From a virus: a DNA stretch of 64,000 nucleotides. The position numbers and the translations under genes were made by a program. A model generated the notes under the pieces. The model did no database searches. It was not told the DNA's origin and was given only the letters and a program-made list of their open reading frames with translations. The stretch is taken from the IMG/VR virus record IMGVR_UViG_3300035034_003571, positions 1-64,000 of that record; one strand, 5' to 3'. This document shows, piece by piece, positions 18,954 through 28,080 of the stretch (its first letter is position 1; each line of letters opens with the position of its first letter).

Positions 18954-21383
18954 TTAGTAACTTATAAGTATATCATCTTGGGTTAACTTAGAAGCTTCCG
19001 CCCATCCCCTATTTTTTGTATATACTTTATGGTCCGGAGTTAATTCTAAGGTTTTTCCATCTTCTAAATTCAATTTAATTACATTAGTATCTTTCTTAGA
19101 AAGTCCCCCCCAAGTCATTTCATTTAATTCTACTATATTTTTTTCCTCGTTATATGAATGAATGAGAAATTCCTCCCCTTTATTAAATCTAGCTATAAGA
19201 GAATCCAATCTTATTTCCTCTTTATTAGTTTTTATAATACTACTTCCCACTAAACATGGGTTAGTAGCGCTAATATATTCACAATAATGTAGGTTATTTT
19301 TTTCATTTATAGTATCAGAAAAAAGAATCCCGGGTTCGTTACGATTATACGTAGATTCCATTATTAGATCCCAGAGCTCGTTTGCATTTTCGTATGTTTT
19401 ATAAACTGTGGTAGATAAACCAGCTTTTTTCCATTTTTCCAGATCTCCGTCCCAATCTTTTTTATATTCACTACCGTGCTTTTCGTAATCTGGGAATTCT
19501 AATTCCCATTTGGAATTAGTTTCAACAGCTTTCATAAACGCATCACTAACTAAAAGTGACATATTGAATTTAGTTAATCTACCAGGGGTTTGTTTTGCAG
19601 TAATAAACTCTTCTATATCTGGATGCCAAACAGACATGGTAACCATCTGTGCACCCTTACGAATTTTTACTTTACCTCTAGTTGATTTCCTCCCTGATCC
19701 TGCTGTAATAACTGCTGACTGAGTATCCCACATACTTAACATTTCTACAGCTCCTGGTGATTCGTTTCCAATTCCTCTAATAAAAGCTCCTCTGGGTCTC
19801 ATCGTATCAGAACAAAATCCATATCCACCTTCAGACTTTAAAATTAATGCTTGCCTTTTTAGAGTGTCTAGGATTCCTTCCATAGAATCTTTATCTTCTC
19901 CCATAAATCCATCAACAAAACAATTATGAACAACTACATTATTGACCACGTAGCTTTCGTCTTCTTCTACAGATATATTATACACTTTACCTTCGAAATG
20001 CTTCTCACTTTTATCGAAGCCATTAACTAGAAATATTCTTTCGGAATCTGTAGATTCGTCAATAACTGGTTTTATTCCATTATTAACATAGCCTTTATTT
20101 TTTAACCTTTCGTCTAAGTAAACTTTATTTAAAAGTGGTAATAAATCTGAAGAAAATTCCTTATTTATATAAAGTAAATAACCTTCATTTATACCATTCC
20201 TAATCATTGCAGTTTTCCTACTTGGTATACCTAGCATATTAAGAATAGCTTGAGAGTCATTTATAAGTTTTTCGTTATTTAATCCGAGCTTAATATAGCC
20301 TTTTTTAGTAACGGTTCCGTCAGCATCTATTAAACCAACGATGAAACTTTTTTTAATTTCTAATGAAGAACCCCATATAAATTCAGGAATTTTTTTATTA
20401 GCATACCCCTTTCCACAAGAATTACTTAAAAATAGAGATAATATTGGATTTGACTTTCTTAAATATAAACTACCGTTCGAATTTTCGTTAATGTTTACTG
20501 ATATTCCGAATTTATCTTCTATTATATTTTTTATGGAATTTAAAGATTTTATTTCATCTTGTGCAAATGCTATATTGAAACTATCTGTTAAATAATTACT
20601 GTCAAGATTTTGTTTCCATGTACTTCCATCTCCAACAAACCTACCTATAACATAAGCCAATTCAGAATCAACTACTAAATTTCTTTTAATTTTTGCAGAA
20701 GATCTCGTCTGAACTGCTGTATTACCAGTAACACATTCAGTTAAAGTGGAAATATAATCATCGTCTTTATATACATTATCTATATCAATAAAGTTTGAAA
20801 TATCTATGGTATTTTTATCCATAGTATTATCTGTTAAGAGGACTAACCTATTATTATCTGCTGATTTTTTAAATTTACCATTACCTTGATAAAATGGATG
20901 CTCCTTTGTTACTTCTATTTTATTTGTCAATAAACTAGAAGAATATACATCTATAAGACCTGAATGATCTTTAACCATAGTGGATACTACCTTTCTCCAT
21001 CTTCCTTTATGAGTTAATACTATATCCCCTACTTTTATGTCTATGATTTTTTTATATCCATTATTTGTTAATATCTCGGTTTCTGAGGTAAAACAATTAA
21101 TATAAGTAGTTCCCTTAAGTCCTGTACCTGCATTAGAAGTTATCCTTCCTCCGGGAACGAATTTAAAATCTTCTAAAGCATATAAGAATCTATCTTTCCA
21201 ATAGTCTTTATCTTCTTCTATGCTAGCTAAATTTTCCGATACCCTTTCCTGAGTCCCGTTAATGTCTTCATCTCCGTACCTATAGGTTTGCTCGTAGATT
21301 TCTTTAGCAAAAGAATCTACAAATTCCGTACCCTTTCTAAAGGTTTCCTCTTTTTCCACATTTTTATGCGTCATTTCTTCCAT
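18954..21383 (-). CDS. nrdJ: Class II RNR N-terminal part with a 391-aa cis-splicing LAGLIDADG intein and a terminal 100-aa split N-intein
   Basis: FVPGGRI, YIN|CFT..., VVHN|CFV, GGYG, RKGAQM, HPDIEEFI, FNMS, EPGILF, ATNP|CLVG. Confidence 0.92.
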   Translation of the reverse strand: MEEMTHKNVEKEETFRKGTEFVDSFAKEIYEQTYRYGDEDINGTQERVSENLASIEEDKDYWKDRFLYALEDFKFVPGGRITSNAGTGLKGTTYINCFTSETEILTNNGYKKIIDIKVGDIVLTHKGRWRKVVSTMVKDHSGLIDVYSSSLLTNKIEVTKEHPFYQGNGKFKKSADNNRLVLLTDNTMDKNTIDISNFIDIDNVYKDDDYISTLTECVTGNTAVQTRSSAKIKRNLVVDSELAYVIGRFVGDGSTWKQNLDSNYLTDSFNIAFAQDEIKSLNSIKNIIEDKFGISVNINENSNGSLYLRKSNPILSLFLSNSCGKGYANKKIPEFIWGSSLEIKKSFIVGLIDADGTVTKKGYIKLGLNNEKLINDSQAILNMLGIPSRKTAMIRNGINEGYLLYINKEFSSDLLPLLNKVYLDERLKNKGYVNNGIKPVIDESTDSERIFLVNGFDKSEKHFEGKVYNISVEEDESYVVNNVVVHNCFVDGFMGEDKDSMEGILDTLKRQALILKSEGGYGFCSDTMRPRGAFIRGIGNESPGAVEMLSMWDTQSAVITAGSGRKSTRGKVKIRKGAQMVTMSVWHPDIEEFITAKQTPGRLTKFNMSLLVSDAFMKAVETNSKWELEFPDYEKHGSEYKKDWDGDLEKWKKAGLSTTVYKTYENANELWDLIMESTYNRNEPGILFSDTINEKNNLHYCEYISATNPCLVGSSIIKTNKEEIRLDSLIARFNKGEEFLIHSYNEEKNIVELNEMTWGGLSKKDTNVIKLNLEDGKTLELTPDHKVYTKNRGWAEASKLTQDDILISY
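18957..19256 (-). mobile_element. Split intein N-fragment (NrdJ)
   Basis: CLVGSSII (block A), LTPDHKV (block B), GWAEASKL, then stop. Confidence 0.9.
19923..21095 (-). mobile_element. Contiguous intein with LAGLIDADG homing endonuclease
   Basis: CFTSETEI, VTKEHPF, IGRFVGDG, FIVGLIDADG, VYNISVEEDESY...VVHN/C. Confidence 0.95.
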
Positions 21384-21453
21384 GTAATATCATTTTTTTT
21401 ATTTTTCGATAGTGTAATTTCTTTACTAGCAGCCACTAATAAAGATATAACAG

Positions 21454-21921
21454 TTAATACCCATTTTTTTGTCTATCTTTATTAGCTTGGGCTTTTGCAA
21501 AGTAATAATTATAAGCAGTCTTAGCATCTAATCCTATAGAAGCTGCTGAATTCATAAGAAAGTGCCAAATATCAATCCACTCCATATAAAGTTCCTTCTT
21601 ATCTCCTTCAGATAAATCAGATATAGTTAGATTTTCATATTTACTGAATGCTTTCTTCCATGGCTTCCATACCGCATTCCCGTCACCGTCTTTGATTCCT
21701 CCGAGGGCATCAGTCATTTCGTGAATCTCGTCGATTATTGAATGGTTATTAGTATGCCAGAAATCCATTATCTGTCTGATAGTCATCCCATCAAATTTTA
21801 TACCGTATGTTTTTTCTTGCATTTCTTTCTGATGTTCCATCATATCAGCGAAATGTGTTTTAGATTGTTCGTAAAAATCAGTAATTTCTAAATCTTTACA
21901 TTCATTATCTGTGTTTGCCAT
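21454..21921 (-). CDS. All-alpha dimeric dUTPase / T4 gp56-like dCTPase-dUTPase
   Basis: DEIHEMTDAL, WKPWK, ELYMEWIDIWHF, K...N.DRQ..GY. Confidence 0.85.
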   Translation of the reverse strand: MANTDNECKDLEITDFYEQSKTHFADMMEHQKEMQEKTYGIKFDGMTIRQIMDFWHTNNHSIIDEIHEMTDALGGIKDGDGNAVWKPWKKAFSKYENLTISDLSEGDKKELYMEWIDIWHFLMNSAASIGLDAKTAYNYYFAKAQANKDRQKNGY

Positions 21922-21998
21922 AAATTTAATTTTAAACTTTTTATCAAACCGGGATTTTATATATCGGGGTGGTTTCCGAAAAATCTCCTGATTTTATT

Positions 21999-23450
21999 TT
22001 ATTTTTCTAATTCTTCTAATTCTTTTTTCCACCCATCAATTTGTGAATTTAGCCCAAGCATTTCTTTCTTAGCTTTCTTTCTTTTCGAATACAAATCTTT
22101 AATTATTACTCTCAATATTGGCTCGTCTTTTTCCTTATCAGCAAAATAAGCGCCGGATGAAGATTTTACCCAAGAAGGGTCAGGATTGTTTACATTTTTC
22201 CCCTTATAAACTTCAGGAGAGATCCCCCACTGTACCATGGTATTAGGGTATAGTGAAGCGAAATCATAACAAGCTACCCATTCGTGCAAACCTTTGGTGG
22301 GCTCTTTCACGTAGCCACCGGTAAATTTAACATGAATCTGATCCCTATCCTCTTGAGTAAAGGTTTGTCCTCTTTCTAAGAACTTTTCCAGCATCATAAC
22401 TTCAGTAGCCCAAACTGGCGATAAGGATCTGTCTATTTCCACCTTATTTAATTGAGCTATCTTAAAGAGAGTAGTCATTGTTTTTAGCTTCTGGTCTATG
22501 TAATGAAGTAAGGCACAATCTACTGCATTATAGAACATGAATTTTTCCTTGTCATCATTATATAAATCTCTAAGTGATCCCTCATATTCTATTTTTTTCA
22601 AACCTACTGCCTTTTCACCAACATAGTCTAACCTATTGCTTTCCTTAATCTTTATTGTTCGATCCCACTTTTTATAAATCTCCAAGTAATCCACCATTAA
22701 TAGGTGCATTGGTGTTTGATTTTTACCCATCAATCTTCTGGCTGGTGAAATAATCTTCGGATCTATACCTATTTTAGCACATCTATTTATTAAATAAGGC
22801 CAGTCATATCCAAACCAGTTCCATCCAGTTATTACTGCCATTTTTGGACCCAGCTGTTTAAAGAATGTGTATAACATATCATATTCAGATTCAAATTTCT
22901 GATATTGAAATGTCCATTCGTCTCCGAATTTTTCAAAATGCTTATTTAGATTCTTTTTTATTCTATCTTTCTGCTTGTCCGTAAGATCAACTAGACCCAA
23001 AACGATCATTTTACATTTATCTGTTCCAATCCCTATAGAAAGTACCTTATTTTTAGCAGCCTCTGTATTTAAAGAATCTGCCATTTCGTCAGTCATTTCA
23101 ACCTCGATATCTACAAAATATTTATTAGGGTTTTGAAAATCCCAAAATGGTTTAGTTAATTCCTCGTCTGCACCCATTAAAAGCTCTACCGTTCGGTATT
23201 TGTCATATCTTTGGGTTTTTATTTTTTTAATTGGCTTTTTATCCCAAGTTTCAAATTCTGTAGATTTTCGGGTATCCCTAGGAGAACATTTTTCCCAAAC
23301 AAATTGATCACTAGAATTTATAGGAACATCAGTAAATTCTATTTTTCCTTCTTCACTGAAATGGGAAACATGTAAATATGTTCCTTTGTTTTCTATATTT
23401 ACTAGCATAAGTTTTTTTAAATTAACATGTATCTTATGCCTACTTTTCAT
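21999..23450 (-). CDS. Family B DNA polymerase, N-terminal subunit (3'-5' exonuclease, motif A, first finger helix); likely start ATG 23408
   Basis: ExoI DIEVE, ExoII GWNWFGYDWPYL, ExoIII YNAVDC, GGYVKEP, YDFASLYPN, LYSKRKKAK then a coiled-coil end. Confidence 0.92.
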   Translation of the reverse strand: MKSRHKIHVNLKKLMLVNIENKGTYLHVSHFSEEGKIEFTDVPINSSDQFVWEKCSPRDTRKSTEFETWDKKPIKKIKTQRYDKYRTVELLMGADEELTKPFWDFQNPNKYFVDIEVEMTDEMADSLNTEAAKNKVLSIGIGTDKCKMIVLGLVDLTDKQKDRIKKNLNKHFEKFGDEWTFQYQKFESEYDMLYTFFKQLGPKMAVITGWNWFGYDWPYLINRCAKIGIDPKIISPARRLMGKNQTPMHLLMVDYLEIYKKWDRTIKIKESNRLDYVGEKAVGLKKIEYEGSLRDLYNDDKEKFMFYNAVDCALLHYIDQKLKTMTTLFKIAQLNKVEIDRSLSPVWATEVMMLEKFLERGQTFTQEDRDQIHVKFTGGYVKEPTKGLHEWVACYDFASLYPNTMVQWGISPEVYKGKNVNNPDPSWVKSSSGAYFADKEKDEPILRVIIKDLYSKRKKAKKEMLGLNSQIDGWKKELEELEK

Positions 23451-23479
23451 TATTATTCCGATCCTTGGATATATAAAAC

Positions 23480-23779
23480 ATGGAAAAATTAAAAAAGTTT
23501 GATGGATTCTTAAATGAATATTGGACTAGTCATGCACCTGGGTCAGTTATAGTACCTGGTGAATGGTATAAAGATGGGGTTAATTCTAGAAACTACAAGC
23601 CAAATAATACAACTATGCCCCATGTAGTTGATCCAATACTAGAAGATTCAGAATTTGAAAAATTTCTAGATTCCATGAGAACCGACGAGGAACTTCTAGG
23701 AAAAATAAAAGGATCCTCAGATCCTTTAGAAATTCTTGATTTAATTAAGAAAGATTTTATTTCAAAAAGAGCTAAGTAG
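23480..23779 (+). CDS. Hypothetical protein with capsid-targeting-like N-terminus
   Basis: MEKLKKFDGFLNE; GATATATA at 23468-23475 on the + strand. Confidence 0.7.
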   Translation: MEKLKKFDGFLNEYWTSHAPGSVIVPGEWYKDGVNSRNYKPNNTTMPHVVDPILEDSEFEKFLDSMRTDEELLGKIKGSSDPLEILDLIKKDFISKRAK

Positions 23780-23783
23780 CTAT

Positions 23784-24452
23784 TTATATTCTTTTCCAAT
23801 TTTTAAATTTATTGGAATTACTATTACATCTATACCAGACCGTTCTTTTATTTATATTAAATTGTTTAGCACATACGATAGGACTATTAAATATAACAGA
23901 ATTCACGGATATTAATTTTCCTTTTCCGTACATTCCGTTATTTGTTCCTGATATGTCCCTTCCGTTTTTAAATCCATCTTTTAGAGATTTACTCATTTTT
24001 TCTATAGACTCATTATTGAACTTCGTTGGGGACCTTTCGCCACTTAAATATAATTTTTTTAATGTATTTGATATTTTTTCTTTAGTATCCCTACTACATT
24101 TCTTACCCTTTCTGTTAGATATCCTTCCCTTTCTTCCCATAGTTTTATAAATATTAGCTTTATTCGGATGGTTTGATATGGTGTCTCCCCCGCTTCCTCC
24201 ACTAGATATATTATATCCTATTATTCTATCAGTAGAATTATAAAAATTAATCCAACATTTTTCTTGATCCTTCCAATTATCAGGGCTAACTCTTTCTAAA
24301 ACTTCTTTGGTAAAATTATGTTTCCCGTATTTATTTATAGCGCGCTTTATTAGTAACCCACTTCCTGAATAATCATATAAGTTTCTATCTAAAGAATCAA
24401 AACCTATATAAATTTTATTATTTATACTATTTATTATTTTATAAATAATCAC
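23784..24452 (-). CDS. GIY-YIG (Seg-like) homing endonuclease with NUMOD3-like repeats
   Basis: IIYKIIN..N.KIYIG, YSGSG..IKRAINKYG..NF, GYNIS.GG.GG, TKEKIS. Confidence 0.88.
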   Translation of the reverse strand: MIIYKIINSINNKIYIGFDSLDRNLYDYSGSGLLIKRAINKYGKHNFTKEVLERVSPDNWKDQEKCWINFYNSTDRIIGYNISSGGSGGDTISNHPNKANIYKTMGRKGRISNRKGKKCSRDTKEKISNTLKKLYLSGERSPTKFNNESIEKMSKSLKDGFKNGRDISGTNNGMYGKGKLISVNSVIFNSPIVCAKQFNINKRTVWYRCNSNSNKFKNWKRI

Positions 24453-24454
24453 GA

Positions 24455-25297
24455 TTAGAAGGAACTGATTAATTTAATTAGCTCTTTTTGTGGAAAACAA
24501 TCAAATTTATCTTTTCTGACATTTGTATGAGTATATAGGCCGGGATATCCTTCTAATGCGTCTTGCTTTATTTCAAAAGGGGATTCTCCAACTTTACTTT
24601 TAGCATCATTAGTTTTTTTTCCAGAAACCCCATCTTCCGTTAATTTCATTCCTCTAGAATCTCTAAATCCATTTCTATTTAGCCACTTTTGAAGTTCTAA
24701 TACACTATTTGTACGTGGGATTCTTAGGTTACTTTTTATTATTTCCTGTTTTAATCCTCTAGATAAATCAATATCAAAGTCTTGGGATATCTTAAAAAGT
24801 AAAGTTTCTAAAGCCTCCAATTGAGCATCGGAATATTTATGATAATAGGTAAACCCTCTAAATTTGTCTCCTAATTCTACAACGTCTTTGTGATTTACTT
24901 CGGTTTTAACATAAGTAAAAAACCTTCCATCATTGGTTACTGTTAAAGGTCCATAGTTACATATTTCAATACCTATGCTTTTTTGGTTAAGAAATGTATT
25001 TTTTCTTGATTTAAGTCCTAAATGATGAGCCCAGTAAGATGGTCTAAATGCTTCGTAAACTACACCGTCCCATTTTGTTTCTCTAGGATTCCTAGTGCTT
25101 TTTCCTCCAATAACGTAGGAAGTTCCAACCCTGATCTTATTCCCACTTCTGCTTCTGTCTTTATTCCACCAATCTATTACCCAATCAGGTCTATGAGAAC
25201 CAGCAGTATGATGTAGATAAATAGTATCCTTTGGCGTACTATTAGGAAAGTATTCAGCATTCGGTAGATGTTTTTCTATAATTTTCAAACTCATCAA
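24455..25297 (-). CDS. N-acetylmuramoyl-L-alanine amidase (endolysin) with an inserted peptidoglycan-binding domain
   Basis: IYLHHTAG, WAHHLG, SIGIEICNYG, LYTH...KFDCFP; LQKWLN..G..L.EDGVSG.KT. Confidence 0.9.
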   Translation of the reverse strand: MMSLKIIEKHLPNAEYFPNSTPKDTIYLHHTAGSHRPDWVIDWWNKDRSRSGNKIRVGTSYVIGGKSTRNPRETKWDGVVYEAFRPSYWAHHLGLKSRKNTFLNQKSIGIEICNYGPLTVTNDGRFFTYVKTEVNHKDVVELGDKFRGFTYYHKYSDAQLEALETLLFKISQDFDIDLSRGLKQEIIKSNLRIPRTNSVLELQKWLNRNGFRDSRGMKLTEDGVSGKKTNDAKSKVGESPFEIKQDALEGYPGLYTHTNVRKDKFDCFPQKELIKLISSF

Positions 25298-25331
25298 GAT
25301 ATAGGTTATTTTTACCTATTATATATCTTGA
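25294..25331 (-). promoter_or_regulatory. Start-sequestering hairpin with GATATATA (25320-25327) in its 5' arm
   Basis: Perfect 10-bp TCAAGATATA/TATATCTTGA stem plus inner GGT/ACC. Confidence 0.8.
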
Positions 25332-25353
25332 CTAGCTTAAATTTAGAAGGGAT

Positions 25354-25575
25354 CTAAAAAATTCTGGAGGCTTTAAGGTACTTAGAAATTTCCAACTCTA
25401 GCATATCTGAAACCTCGTTAAATTCCAAATCCAGAATAGATGCTAATTTATTAATACAATCTACTCTGTCCAAACTTCCCCTAAATTCAGGATCTTTTTT
25501 TCTGGCTGTTATTTCCGAAGCAATTTCTTTACCTATTCTAGATAGCATTTCTTTACCTCTTTTATCTAAACTCAT
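25354..25575 (-). CDS. Hypothetical protein, probably early (host-type promoter)
   Basis: Preceded by TATATTTG (25594-25601, minus), matching the Bacteroidota TAnnTTTG element. Confidence 0.6.
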   Translation of the reverse strand: MSLDKRGKEMLSRIGKEIASEITARKKDPEFRGSLDRVDCINKLASILDLEFNEVSDMLELEISKYLKASRIF

Positions 25576-25603
25576 ATGGATTATTTATTTTAACAAATAT
25601 AAT

Positions 25604-25640
25604 AAAAAAATCCCGTTCAGAATAATGAATGGGTTTTTTT
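25604..25640. terminator. Rho-independent terminator-like hairpin
   Basis: AAAAAAATCCCGTTCA...TGAATGGGTTTTTTT. Confidence 0.65.
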
Positions 25641-25652
25641 ATTATATTATAT

Positions 25653-26279
25653 TTATTTAGATGCGTCCACGATGGTTTCAATCATTCTATTTAAATATGA
25701 ATCATATTTTGGATCTGGTTTTGGCATTCCACCAAACATATACATATTTTCTAAAGCCAGCTTAGCAACTTTTCTTAGATTTTCGTCGTTTTCATTTAGA
25801 ATATTTTCAGATTCTTTTAAAGGTTGATTCTTTTTCATTGCTTCTATAAAAGATCCTATGTCGGATATGATAGAAAGCTTTTTCTTCTTTTTCCCTTTGC
25901 TTTTTTTAGCTGCTGGGGTTCCAACAGTTAAATTATCGAATCTATCACCAGATCCTGGAGATCCGTCGACTCCAGGAGAAGCAACATCACCCATTCCAGG
26001 GGTTGATCCTAAACTAGCGAATCCACCTCCGGATGCTGGCGGTGCTGCAGGTGCCCCACCTTCCATTTCTGCTATTTCGTCATCGCTACAAAATCCGCAA
26101 TCTTCCATAAATGATTTCAGTTCGGATTTTTCTACACAATATTTATTTTCTTCTAACCAAGAATTTAGCTCAGTAAGGAAGTCATTTTCACTTTCCTCCA
26201 TGGGCATTATATCTTGTTCGTGGTCTTTAACACTAACTAGCGTTTTGCCTTTAGTTGAATCTCCTGTTGGGTAAAACAT
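25653..26279 (-). CDS. Hypothetical acidic Gly/Pro-rich protein, possibly head-internal
   Basis: Low-complexity middle; LKE and LNE sites. Confidence 0.6.
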   Translation of the reverse strand: MFYPTGDSTKGKTLVSVKDHEQDIMPMEESENDFLTELNSWLEENKYCVEKSELKSFMEDCGFCSDDEIAEMEGGAPAAPPASGGGFASLGSTPGMGDVASPGVDGSPGSGDRFDNLTVGTPAAKKSKGKKKKKLSIISDIGSFIEAMKKNQPLKESENILNENDENLRKVAKLALENMYMFGGMPKPDPKYDSYLNRMIETIVDASK

Positions 26280-26284
26280 ATTTA

Positions 26285-26515
26285 TTATTTATTTTTTTGT
26301 AGTACTTCGTTTCTGAAAATACTAGACTTTTTTCCTTTAGAATCAGATATTATATATCCAATAACGTCTCCTCCATTATTAGTAACATTTTCTATTACCT
26401 TTCCTGATTTAGCTTTGGTAGTTAAAATATTCATACCAACTAGATCGTGGTCTGGATTTTTAAGTCCATCGCTGAATCTTACTGAAGTCTTTACTATATT
26501 ATTACAACCACACAT
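26285..26515 (-). CDS. Hypothetical protein (MCGC start)
   Basis: Stop/start overlap with the upstream gene. Confidence 0.6.
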   Translation of the reverse strand: MCGCNNIVKTSVRFSDGLKNPDHDLVGMNILTTKAKSGKVIENVTNNGGDVIGYIISDSKGKKSSIFRNEVLQKNK

Positions 26516-27543
26516 TACCTAAAATCTCCTCTGTTTTCTTTCCTTCTGAGGTATTGCCAAAGGTAAAGCAGACCTTTCTTATACTCTTTGGGAGTGCTGA
26601 AATTTGAAGGGAATTTTTTAATTACGTTTCCACTCCCCTCTGGAACCTCTTTCCCCTTTTCAGGGTTATACCTTCTTACTACTCCTGTCGGATGTACCGT
26701 ATAGAATACGTTATCATGACCTATTTCTTTTTGCTTATTTTTAGTTCTCTCAAACTTCATTGTATTATTAAGCTCCTGTTGATGTGAAGTATCTTCCTTA
26801 AATCCTAGTTCTAGTAACTGCTCATATTCCTTGGTCTTCCTAACCATATCCAGATTAAGATCCTTTCTAGTTTCTTCTTTATACTCGGATTTTGGTTTAT
26901 ATCTTTTACCTTCACTTAGCCAATCTCTATAATCTTTTAAATTTTCCAAGTTTTTTTTACCTCTTTTTTCTTTTTTCGCATCAACGTCCAGATATGGTCG
27001 AATTTTAGAATCCTCGTCTTCCTCCATTGATGAAAGCTTTTCGTAATATTTAGGGTCTTCAAATATATGATCCGCTGCAATCTCTTTAGCTACCTCCTTA
27101 TCATCAGTGTGCTCTAATTCTACTTTAATTCCATCCTCAAATGCTACTCTTATATCAATAACATCCAAACCATGCTTTTTAGCTAGGGCCTTCATAGTCA
27201 TTCCGTCAGCTAATCCACCTTTAAGTATTTCAGGTTTGATTTCTTTCTGTCTTTCCATATCGTTCCACTCTTCTCTAGAAATATCTCCCATACTTTCTTT
27301 CAGGTGTAATTTTTTATATTTCTTTTTCATTTGAGTTTTTGACATAGGTTTTTTATTCATATCCCAGGAAGTATCGGGATTTGCAATTTTGGCTTTATTT
27401 TTCTGCCAATCACCAAAAAGACCCATCCACCTATTATAAGCTTTCCCTACCATTTTAAATCCAGTATCCCCCGGCTGTATAGCAACCGGGGATACTGGTG
27501 GTAAATAACCTTTAGTTTCTGGACTCTTTTTCTTTTTGGACAT
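26515..27543 (-). CDS. DUF5661-like domain protein
   Basis: GIKVELEHTDDKEVAKEIAADHIFEDPKYYEKL; internal LKDYRDWLSE motif. Confidence 0.65.
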   Translation of the reverse strand: MSKKKKSPETKGYLPPVSPVAIQPGDTGFKMVGKAYNRWMGLFGDWQKNKAKIANPDTSWDMNKKPMSKTQMKKKYKKLHLKESMGDISREEWNDMERQKEIKPEILKGGLADGMTMKALAKKHGLDVIDIRVAFEDGIKVELEHTDDKEVAKEIAADHIFEDPKYYEKLSSMEEDEDSKIRPYLDVDAKKEKRGKKNLENLKDYRDWLSEGKRYKPKSEYKEETRKDLNLDMVRKTKEYEQLLELGFKEDTSHQQELNNTMKFERTKNKQKEIGHDNVFYTVHPTGVVRRYNPEKGKEVPEGSGNVIKKFPSNFSTPKEYKKGLLYLWQYLRRKENRGDFR

Positions 27544-27752
27544 TAGTCTAGTACTGCCTCTATTTTTGTTTTAGTTAATTGGGTAGTTTCGTATGATGAA
27601 ACAGAATCGCTAAGATATTCAGATAATTTCTTTTCCGCTTCTATTACGTCCTGAGCTGGTACTAAAAATACCCCCTTAGTAACGATATCCGCTCCTGTTC
27701 TTTGATTTGTCTCGCCCGTAGCGAAATCTACTTTAGCTGTATAATATGCCAT
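27543..27752 (-). CDS. DUF4494-like small protein
   Basis: YYTAKV...FLVPA.DVIEAE...TKI..V pattern; GATATATA at 27780-27787. Confidence 0.6.
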   Translation of the reverse strand: MAYYTAKVDFATGETNQRTGADIVTKGVFLVPAQDVIEAEKKLSEYLSDSVSSYETTQLTKTKIEAVLD

Positions 27753-27787
27753 TTTAATTCTTGTTTTAAATAGTTATTGTATATATC

Positions 27788-27819
27788 AAAAAAAAGGACA
27801 GAATAATTTATTCTGTCCC
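27788..27819 (-). terminator. Rho-independent terminator of the Hc1-like gene
   Basis: GGACAGAATAA/TTATTCTGTCC stem followed by a U8 tract on the minus strand. Confidence 0.85.
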
Positions 27820-27841
27820 GTTATTATTTAAGAATAAGCAA

Positions 27842-28018
27842 TTACGCGTTATTCTTAGCAGTCTGTACTTCAACTCTAAGATCCTGAGCTAGTTTTTTTA
27901 CTTCCTGCATTGCTTGCCTTACTCTCGTACCAGCACTTTTGTTTCCGTTACTTGAAAACTTATCAACATCGGCTTGAGTCGAGTCTAGTAAAGCTTTCAT
28001 TCTTTCAAATGTTTCCAT
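27842..28018 (-). CDS. Histone H1-like (Hc1 family, Bacteroidota-type) protein, 58 aa, missing from the ORF track
   Basis: Manual translation METFERMKALLDSTQADVDKFSSNGNKSAGTRVRQAMQEVKKLAQDLRVEVQTAKNNA; the GNKSAGTRVR motif is diagnostic; has its own promoter motif and terminator. Confidence 0.85.
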   Translation of the reverse strand: METFERMKALLDSTQADVDKFSSNGNKSAGTRVRQAMQEVKKLAQDLRVEVQTAKNNA

Positions 28019-28080
28019 AATCTTTTTTTATTAATTAATATATTTGGATTTATTATATGACTATTAAAATAAAAAGTTCC

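Noticed and set aside
21454-21921. gp56-like enzyme as evidence for modified cytosine DNA
   Set aside because: The family includes plain dUTPases, and no hydroxymethylase or other base-modification pathway gene is visible in this window.
21945-21977. Translational hairpin upstream of the dUTPase
   Set aside because: Only about 5 bp (AAACC/GGTTT) and it does not cover the start codon.
2242-23450. PolB halves joined by a split intein
   Set aside because: No Cys/Ser-initiated IntN after the N-half and no HN/SN-ending IntC before the C-half.
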